Of a stretch of 64,000 bases of DNA, positions 56,451 to 64,000 are shown piece after piece; the first letter of the stretch is position 1, and every line of letters begins with the position of its first letter. The DNA comes from a virus. Its lineage: Duplodnaviria; Caudoviricetes. Where the stretch lies: positions 41,229-105,228 of the IMG/VR virus record IMGVR_UViG_3300037455_000245; one strand, 5' to 3'. Below the pieces are notes generated by a model. The model had not been told where the DNA came from, did no database searches, and saw only the letters and a list, made by a program, of their open reading frames with translations. The position numbers were made by a program, and so were the translations under genes.

Positions 56451-57602
56451 TTAGCCTTCGAGCGTAGAAACGCGGCTCTCGAGATCAGCTGCAGCAGCTG
56501 CCTCACCTGCGACGAACGAAGAGAGAATAGCCTGAAGGTCAGAGAGCTGACCAGTCTTGCCATAAACCTCGAGCGTCTGCTTTGTCTTACGCTGAATATC
56601 GTCAGCAGCACGATACATGTTCTCAAACTCGAGAGTAATTGCATCGTAGTGAGCAGTGAGATCCGTCTCCATAGCAGGCTTGATGATCGGCCAAGTACCC
56701 TCGCCACGGTTCAGGATGCCCTGATAACCCATAGCCCAAGACTCGCGATCGCGAACCAGCTTAGCAGAAGCGGGATACTGAACGCCAGGAACCTTGTCGA
56801 TAGTTACACCCTGGGGGAAGTGCTTGTTATTAGCCTCCCAACCCTCACCGGCGGGATCAGTCCAGTACAGGTTAGCATTGAAGCGAACCTTGTTTGCCCA
56901 GCTCAGTGAATCAACCGAATCATCGTCGTCGTAAGGCAGAGCCTCGATCTTGATACCAGTACCACTTGTGCTAGAGCTGAAAGAAGCAAATGCACCGCTG
57001 CTACGAGTAATAGTACCCTGGGTAGCCTGTACACGTGCGCGCTTCCACTCACGGTTAATCAGATTGGCAATGTTCTTAGCGATAGTGATCTTGGTGTCAC
57101 CAGCCTCGGTAACATACTCATAAGACTCAGTCCACTTGCGATAACGGTGAGGCATATCCTTATAAGTCAGGCGAACGATGATACGCTTGCCGCCCTTAGC
57201 GAACTCAGTCAGAACAGCAGCGTTCAGACCATCGAAGCTAATGTATGCGCAATCCTCAGTGTCAGCAGCATAAGAAAGAACATTGTAGCTCTTAATATCA
57301 GCAGCCTTGATCTCATTAGACCACTTAATGATAGGACGATACTCAGCAGAGCCATCCTGCTTGCGGAGAACGCAGTTCTTTCTCGTAACGATACCAACCT
57401 TAATCGTCTCAACATTGAGAGCGTTGGCAGCCGTAACCTCATAAATCTTGTTAGAAGCTACGTTGGGATCACAGTTCATGATGATGAACTTACCTGCATC
57501 GGTAGATGCAGAACTCATGCTGGAAGCTGCTGCAGGAGCGGTCGTCAGAACGGCGCCAGAGCTAAGATTGCTAACGAGCACGGTATTTACATAATTTACC
57601 AT
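56451..57602 (-). CDS. Abundant structural protein, probably auxiliary capsid protein
   Basis: Intact 383-aa ORF with the same strong codon bias as the major capsid gene; position downstream of the ring genes. Confidence 0.72.
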   Translation of the reverse strand: MVNYVNTVLVSNLSSGAVLTTAPAAASSMSSASTDAGKFIIMNCDPNVASNKIYEVTAANALNVETIKVGIVTRKNCVLRKQDGSAEYRPIIKWSNEIKAADIKSYNVLSYAADTEDCAYISFDGLNAAVLTEFAKGGKRIIVRLTYKDMPHRYRKWTESYEYVTEAGDTKITIAKNIANLINREWKRARVQATQGTITRSSGAFASFSSSTSGTGIKIEALPYDDDDSVDSLSWANKVRFNANLYWTDPAGEGWEANNKHFPQGVTIDKVPGVQYPASAKLVRDRESWAMGYQGILNRGEGTWPIIKPAMETDLTAHYDAITLEFENMYRAADDIQRKTKQTLEVYGKTGQLSDLQAILSSFVAGEAAAAADLESRVSTLEG

Positions 57603-57676
57603 AATTAATTAAATTTTTTCTACTCCCCCTATATTTCTATGTCTAGACCTAACTAGCTGGGGTTTCCACGTTAAAA

Positions 57677-58366
57677 TTATTCTTGTGTAAGTACTTCGCT
57701 TGTTATTGTTTTATAGCGAGGATCAGATTGATTCTCAATATACATCTGAGCTGCTATCTTTACAATCTCAAGCCAAATACCATCTTCAAAATCCGTATAT
57801 TCTTCATACGGGTCTTGATCTGTTATTTCAGTAGGAACCTTGAGGTAGCCTACTGTATAGGAGTCTATTTTATATTTCTTATCAGTCAACAGACGAAATC
57901 CGTCTTTCGTTCTTACTCTTAACGGACGAGCTCTATGAAAACGATAATGAAAGTCTGTGAGTTTATTGTTCACACGGTACATGAAACTATCTGCAGTGCA
58001 TTCGAATACACAAGTGTTCATCTTATGCCCGCCATTCATATCGGATATAATTACATCCTCATTTAGTACAAACATCATGTCTGTAGGATATTCATATTGA
58101 TACGAATCGTACGATGGGTTCTCTGGGCTATAGATAATGCATACAGGACTGTCTTCTTTCAACAGTTTAATCAAATCCCTAGTACGTTTTTCATTTTGCT
58201 CATACGATGTCCTCTTCGGATCGTTGCCGTTGAACCTATCTTTAACAAACTTCATTACCGCTTGATTAATCCAATACAAAGAATCGTCTGTGACTGGTTT
58301 AGATAAGGTGTCGTCTATCTTGTTTATTTCTAACTCAAACGACGCCAGAATATCAACACATCTCAT
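57677..58366 (-). CDS. Putative ring/neck protein
   Basis: 229 aa; YWINQA...YEQNEKRTRDL...YLKVP...EIVKIA; appears paralogous to the two upstream genes. Confidence 0.75.
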   Translation of the reverse strand: MRCVDILASFELEINKIDDTLSKPVTDDSLYWINQAVMKFVKDRFNGNDPKRTSYEQNEKRTRDLIKLLKEDSPVCIIYSPENPSYDSYQYEYPTDMMFVLNEDVIISDMNGGHKMNTCVFECTADSFMYRVNNKLTDFHYRFHRARPLRVRTKDGFRLLTDKKYKIDSYTVGYLKVPTEITDQDPYEEYTDFEDGIWLEIVKIAAQMYIENQSDPRYKTITSEVLTQE

Positions 58367-58368
58367 AC

Positions 58369-59175
58369 TTATTCTTCATCTTGTTTATCGTTCTTACGGC
58401 TTTGTTTCTGTTGCTGTTGCTACAGTTGTCTCTTTCTTGCTTCTGCACCTGCTGCATATTGTACATACAGATCCACAGCTCCGCTGACCAAATCATCAAA
58501 CGCGTCACTAGGAAGCTCACATGGAGTAGATGTCATCAGATCAAAATGCTGCGGTTGTTTGTAATATAGAAGCTTGATTCCACATACTTCAGTATATCTA
58601 TCGTAGATAACACTGATTGTTGGATTTGTACCTTTATACTGATTCAGTACAGCTGCAGGATACCTAAGTATACGCAAGCTATCGTGTGGTGTTTCTATAA
58701 GTTTCCAAACTTCAGATTGTGATATCAGTGTGTTTGGAATAACACGAATTGGGGTTTGTGCAGCACGTTTCTCGGACTTAAAACTGAACGTCTTTGTTAC
58801 GTTTGATACACTACGAAGATACATATAGAAGTCCTTAGGTAGAGTAAATGTAATAGATCTAGCTGTATCTATGATAGTTATACCGTTTGCATCCTGGATT
58901 GCACCATTTGTATTGTCTTCAGCGTCAGCAACATCTAACGTTACAGAAGTAAGCATGGATTGTAGGATACTTTCTATGTGTGCAGAAAGCTTTGTGCCAG
59001 AAGGAACGGTGTCAAGATTTCTATAGATATCATGAATGTATTTATCTTGATATTGATTCAGATAAGAATAGATAGTTTCAGTATCAAGCTTGTCTGAAAA
59101 CTCGGTCTCTGGTATCATGGTTTGAACTCGCCTTTCGAATTCAATACCCAATTGTCTTGTTTGTTCTAGTGTCAT
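58369..59175 (-). CDS. Putative ring/neck protein, TAG=Gln
   Basis: ORF 58420..59175 extends through TAG into a poly-Gln run (RQL*QQQQKQSRK) to TAA 58369. Confidence 0.78.
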
Positions 59176-60026
59176 GCTTCAAGTCCTCTCATGTTAAGTT
59201 TACTATTAAGACGCTGTGATTCTACATTCTCAAGTGCGAATGCTACTGCAAGACTTACAAGCTCCTCGGCTACTGTATTGTTACACTCAAACTCATACGA
59301 TCTCTTTACACTATTAGAAGCGTCGTCGGGACAATCAAAGAAACTAGCTCCACTAGTACCGTCGTATAAACTAAGATCTTTTACAAACGTATTCGGCTTC
59401 TTTATATATGCAAGATGCGCACAACTTCCATCTTCTACGATAGGGCTATTTAATAAATCGTATACAACGTATACAACATCTTGCTCTATATAACATACTG
59501 GGATTTTTATCCACGGCATATTATACGAAGTTGTAAAAAACTTCTCTGCCACATAATGTGGAACAAGTTTTATTGGAACAAGTCTGGTTAATTTATTATC
59601 ATATGGAAGTCCTGTTATTTCTGCTTCTTGATGTTGAGATGACTAATTGTCATCAATTATTCTTCCAGCAGCAATGCCATTGTGATTATTGTTCCTAGCG
59701 CTATACTCTATATAGGCTTGCACATAATAATCAAAATCGGACGGCAGCTTAAACGACGCTACATTTGTTGTTGGAACATGTGCATCTTCAAAGAATGCAA
59801 TATGTCTATGTTGTATCAATGGGGCGAGATCTGAAATAGCTTTTACATCCATCTCAAACCCAACTCTGCGTACATTGTTTCCGGTAATCTTTTGAGCTAT
59901 CAGTGCGTTATATGCTTTGTCAAGAACTGTAGCAATTTCATATTCTGTTAACGATGGATATGACGAAGTAACATTTGCCTTGTCATATTCTATCATGAAT
60001 TTAGTATATATGTCTTTGTGCGTCAT
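59172..60026 (-). CDS. Putative ring/neck protein, TAG=Gln
   Basis: Fragments 59643..60026 and 59172..59552 are in frame across TAG 59643. Confidence 0.78.
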
Positions 60027-60049
60027 ATCTCATGTTATTGATCGTTAGA

Positions 60050-60802
60050 TCACTTATTTTTTGTCTCGTTAATAATTGACAGCTTCAGGTCTTGATTCTT
60101 CTTACTATCCAGGTAAGCAATAGCATCTTCAAGTGAATCAGCAAACATGTCTGTTCCGTAGAAGTAATGCGTTTTGTCTTTACGGATAACGCCTTTTGCA
60201 ATAGCCTCTTCTAATACAAACTCTGTATCCTTTGCGTTGTTGTTTACCCACTTATCAAAGAACTTCTTAGGTTGTTTATCAACAATATTGAATAAAGTAG
60301 ATTCAACCAGTTCGTTTGACATTCTGTCAGAAGACATGCCGAACAGTCTAAGACACTTTCGCATCTGATCAAGAGACAGTTTATCAAACTCTTTGATAGC
60401 ATCCCTACGAAGCTTGTTCTGCTTGTTCTGTTCAATTGCTTCTGCCTCACGATTGATAAGCAAGTAATCCTTACCGGCATCAAGTCTATCCAACGACGTA
60501 GCTACGCGCTTATGACCACTGAGGAATTTGATAATCATTGCTTGACGAGGAATAGAATCATCTAACAGAAGTGTACGAGAACCAATCTTTACACAGAATG
60601 TATTCCAGAACTCCGATGTCTTAGCGAGGTGACCCTCTTCGTAACCTAAAGCTTTTTCAAAATATCTCTCATCTTCTGGGGTGAGACCCGTATAAATCGA
60701 CCCGGAACGTGTGAAATAAGGAGCGATATAATCATAACAGCTCTTATACTTAACAAGACCGATCCAGGGATTCTTCTTTTTAATCTTTAATTCAACTACC
60801 AT
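60050..60802 (-). CDS. Conserved crAss-like protein downstream of the capsid gene
   Basis: Intact 250-aa ORF. Confidence 0.8.
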   Translation of the reverse strand: MVVELKIKKKNPWIGLVKYKSCYDYIAPYFTRSGSIYTGLTPEDERYFEKALGYEEGHLAKTSEFWNTFCVKIGSRTLLLDDSIPRQAMIIKFLSGHKRVATSLDRLDAGKDYLLINREAEAIEQNKQNKLRRDAIKEFDKLSLDQMRKCLRLFGMSSDRMSNELVESTLFNIVDKQPKKFFDKWVNNNAKDTEFVLEEAIAKGVIRKDKTHYFYGTDMFADSLEDAIAYLDSKKNQDLKLSIINETKNK

Positions 60803-60821
60803 AATTTACATTAGTATGTTG

Positions 60822-60860
60822 AGTATCGAACAGGGGGTCTGATGACCCCCGTCGAATACT
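60822..60860 (-). terminator. Long hairpin after the major capsid gene
   Basis: AGTAT-CGA..GGGGGTC/GACCCCC..TCGA-ATACT; no clear T tract. Confidence 0.6.
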
Positions 60861-60876
60861 TATGTTATTTTATATA

Positions 60877-62400
60877 TTACGCACCGACTGAAAGCAGACC
60901 GTCGTTAGACAGCTCGGTATCCTCAGCGTCGCAGTACAGAATACCGCAAGACAGCGGGTTACGAACCATGATACCAACCTCACCAAGGAAGTGAACCTGG
61001 TAACCGTCACGGCTGTTAGAACGCAGCGTATTGATGCTGTTTGCATATCCGTTAGGAGCAACAGAACCACCGGTATACCACTGAACGAACTCACGACCCT
61101 TACGACAAACCTTAACAACGTTAGCCTGACCGTCGCTGTTGCTGATATCAACAAACAGGAACGTATAAGACATCAGCGGTTTGCCGGTCAGCGGGTGAAG
61201 CTGACGGAAGAGCTCCATGTTGTCAAACATAGGACAACGCTTCAGAGAAAGCTCAATGCCGTTAGTCATCTTGTAGGTGGTGAACTGTCCACCGAGAGTC
61301 AGGTTCTGACCGCTACCAGTAACAAACACGTTGTCACAGAGGTGGAAGCTAGCAACCTTCTCCTTCAGGATACGATCGAACTCGCGAATACCCATCTCAC
61401 CAGTCAGAGCAACGAACTTACGCTCGTTAGTGCCGAGGATGTTGTAGCACAGATCGAACAGATAATCCTCAAACAACTCAGCTGTAAGAGTTGTATAGTA
61501 ACGGACATTTGCCGGAGAGATCTGCTCGAACAGACCAGACATCGTGGGAACAGGGCGTCCATTAGTACCCTTGTTGATATAAGTACCATCGCTCAGACGG
61601 TTGCTCTTAGAGAACAACAGAGCGGTCTCCTCTCTCTTCTTCCACTCGCGAAGAGCCTTCCAGTACTGATAATCAGACCACAGATAAGACTTCTTACCAG
61701 TCTCGGGATCCTGCAGAGCGATAGCAAGAACGGTGCTATAAGCGTCACCGGTGATATCGTAGCTCAGACGAAGATTCTGGAGGTGGTTACGCATCTTAAA
61801 CGGAGTCTGATAGTTGATGATATCAGCCTCATCGCTGTACTCCTCGTAAGCAGAACCGATACGGCTAACCTGACGACCAGCCAGCAGGAACTCACCAGGA
61901 ATGTAAGCAGCCTGTGAACCATCAATTACATAGCACTCATAAACCCAAGCGCTGCCATCCTGATAAGGAAGACCAGTTACGCGAACCTGGAACTTATAAT
62001 CATCGAAAGAAAGGATTGCACCAGGACCGAACCAACGCTCCTCAAGGGCAAGGTAAATAGGTGTGTTATTCAGACCCGGAGTAATAGTGGTGTAGTTAGA
62101 AGTAGAAATCTCCTGACCATTCCACTTAGCCCAACGGATGTTAACAGCGTGATCGCTATCAATCTGTACAGACCACTCGAACTCACGGTTCTCAATAATC
62201 ATAGTTTTGCCAAGACCACCAGTAATCAAGTCGATGGTCGTAGATACGCCGTCATCTTTAGTACCAAATACCAATGAAAGCAGACCAGATACCTCGTGCG
62301 GCTTGGTCAGCAGGGCGTTAGAAATCATGTTCTCATCTACCAGGTCCGAGAAACGACGTCCACGATACAGCTGGAGATTGTTAAGTAAACTATTATTCAT
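60877..62400 (-). CDS. Major capsid protein (crAss-like, HK97 fold)
   Basis: Intact 507-aa ORF with strong codon bias. Recognised crAss-like MCP features: IENREFEW, MRNHLQNLRLSYDITG, GLFEQI, FVALTGEMGIREF, HPLTGKPLMSY, DGYQVHFL. Confidence 0.92.
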   Translation of the reverse strand: MNNSLLNNLQLYRGRRFSDLVDENMISNALLTKPHEVSGLLSLVFGTKDDGVSTTIDLITGGLGKTMIIENREFEWSVQIDSDHAVNIRWAKWNGQEISTSNYTTITPGLNNTPIYLALEERWFGPGAILSFDDYKFQVRVTGLPYQDGSAWVYECYVIDGSQAAYIPGEFLLAGRQVSRIGSAYEEYSDEADIINYQTPFKMRNHLQNLRLSYDITGDAYSTVLAIALQDPETGKKSYLWSDYQYWKALREWKKREETALLFSKSNRLSDGTYINKGTNGRPVPTMSGLFEQISPANVRYYTTLTAELFEDYLFDLCYNILGTNERKFVALTGEMGIREFDRILKEKVASFHLCDNVFVTGSGQNLTLGGQFTTYKMTNGIELSLKRCPMFDNMELFRQLHPLTGKPLMSYTFLFVDISNSDGQANVVKVCRKGREFVQWYTGGSVAPNGYANSINTLRSNSRDGYQVHFLGEVGIMVRNPLSCGILYCDAEDTELSNDGLLSVGA

Positions 62401-62425
62401 ATATGTTTTAATTGTTTATTAATCG

Positions 62426-63577
62426 TCAGAACATCCCGGTGATCAGGTCTGTAGCTGACTTCTGTTTTTCATCGGCATTATATGTACTATGATTCTTTGA
62501 CTAATGCCGCATCAAATTCCTAAGTTTATCAGCAGCGGATGACTCTCCATCTCGTTTAGCAGTAGATATGAATTTGTCAGCGTTCATAGTAAAATATGCA
62601 GACTCAATCAGGTTCTTTGATAGATTCTTGTTAAAGTCTTTAGTATATTGAGACTGTCCATTCTGATCTACTTTGAAAATATAATCAAACAGAGCCTGAC
62701 GATCTTCTTTAGGAATTGCAATACCTCGAATGCTGTTGAGGTTCTTTATACCCTCAGACACTTCGTTAAAGAATGCGCGAGCTTGCTCTTCCTGTTCTTT
62801 AGCCGCAGCCTCTTGCTGGAGTCTAGCTTGTTCTACTTCTTGCTGTCGTATATCTTTTAATCTGCCTAAAGCATCCTCAGCTTCATCATACAGCACATCG
62901 TTATCTTCATACCTGGCTATCTTCTTATTTATTTGCTCTGTGGTATAACCAGACCGCTGCATGAATTCGCGTACAACTGCCTTTTGATTATTCTCATCTT
63001 CAAGATCGATGTCATCAAGAGTAAGAGCCTGTTGCTGTCTCTGATAAAAGTCTTCAAATTTACCTCCGTTCTTTACATACTCATCTAGCTGTTGTATTCT
63101 AGAGTCTGCATACTCTGGAACAGAGTTCTCTTTTATTACATCTGCAAAATATGATGTAAGGTCGTCGACAGTGAGAGGTTTATCTTTCTCATCAATCTCG
63201 TCCATATTCCAACCTAAAGAGTTTCCAATTGCTTCGAAAAGCAACCCAACCTGTTGAGCTTCAGTTATTTGCTCCGCTGTTGGATCACCGTTGCCCTCTG
63301 GATTAGGCTCTGGATCCTAACTAGGTGGTTCTGGATTATTCGCATTAGGCTCTGGTGTATTGTCCTCATGCGCATTTGGATCGTCATTTGGATCCGCTGT
63401 ATTGCCGTCCTCAGGATCTTTCACTGGCGGCACATTCTTCTGTTCATCAACAAGTGGTACATTAGGCTCCATCAAGGCATCCATATCAGTAGTCTCTTCT
63501 GCACCTTCTGCATTAGAGTATATGGAACCGAGGACGTCTTCGAACTCACTCGGAATTGTATTCTTTTGTTTCTTCAT
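62426..63577 (-). CDS. ~383-aa acidic protein upstream of the capsid gene (scaffold-like), TAG=Gln
   Basis: Fragments 63317..63577 and 62501..63244 are in frame; extends to TGA 62426; acidic disordered N-terminus and coiled coil. Confidence 0.75.
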
Positions 63578-63592
63578 ATAATATTATATGTA

Positions 63593-64000
63593 TTAGTGTT
63601 TCCAGCTTCTGGCATTGTGACTAAATCTAGCTTTCTTTACCATAGCTTTAGAATATTTTTCGGGGTTCCTAAGAACTCTGGATTCGAATTCTCTAACACT
63701 TGCCCCGTGTTTCTTTGCTGCGGCTGTAAATGTGCCGCGTTTAGAAGGTTTTATTGCAATCTTACCGTCTTTGTATTCGTTTAAATTTGTTGTTAGTATT
63801 GGGGCACTTACCGATATTGGAAGTAATGTGCCAGTAATGGCTTTCCAGTAGTTTTCATAACCGTTTGGACCTGTAATCAAATCAAATTCAGGATATATTC
63901 TTTCCAAAGGTTTTTCATTCGCCACAGCGGCCGGTACAAATGACTACAACCATACTGCACGATTAGCCAAATATTCCGGAAAGCTGTTTAAAGTATGACT
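63593..64000 (-). CDS. 3' end of a virion-module protein with a basic C-terminal domain, TAG=Gln (truncated by the window)
   Basis: In-frame TAG at 63944-63946; C-terminal YKDGKIAIKP...GTFTAAAKKHG...ARFSHNARSWKH. Confidence 0.7.

Noticed and set aside
21950-63784. Numerous + strand ORFs in the virion arm (e.g. 60991..61917, 47839..48492, 28869..29453)
   Set aside because: They are antisense shadows of the long - strand genes, with Ser/Phe/Leu-rich translations and no motifs.
1-64000. CRISPR array, integrase, transposase, intein or reverse transcriptase
   Set aside because: No regularly spaced repeats or diagnostic motifs were seen by eye.

Overview
This is a 64-kb segment of a crAss-like phage (Crassvirales, Bacteroidota host inferred) organised as two convergent arms that meet at a bidirectional terminator near 20.5 kb. 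The + arm (1-20535) carries a tRNA(CAT), an ECF sigma factor and several uncharacterised early genes. It also carries a replication/recombination module: family B DNA polymerase, DnaB-like helicase, AAA ATPase, SSB-like protein, primase and two PD-(D/E)XK nucleases. The - arm (20557-64000) is the virion module. It looks shattered in the supplied ORF track because TAG is reassigned to Gln. Reading TAG as Gln joins the fragments into a ~2,420-aa ART/zincin polyvalent protein, a ~5,730-aa virion RNA polymerase, cargo, tail, ring, IHF-like and spanin-like genes. These sit alongside a holin, an auxiliary capsid protein and the major capsid protein that are free of TAG. The most unusual content is non-coding. 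A ~2-kb ORF-free region (4927-7054) folds by a series of nested long-range helices and is a candidate giant structured RNA, lying downstream of a sigma/membrane-protein gene cluster. There is also a tRNA-like gene with a ~115-nt structured insert (16915-17095) and miniature tRNA-like elements between genes. All structure calls were made by eye and all protein calls from motif recognition; no searches were run.
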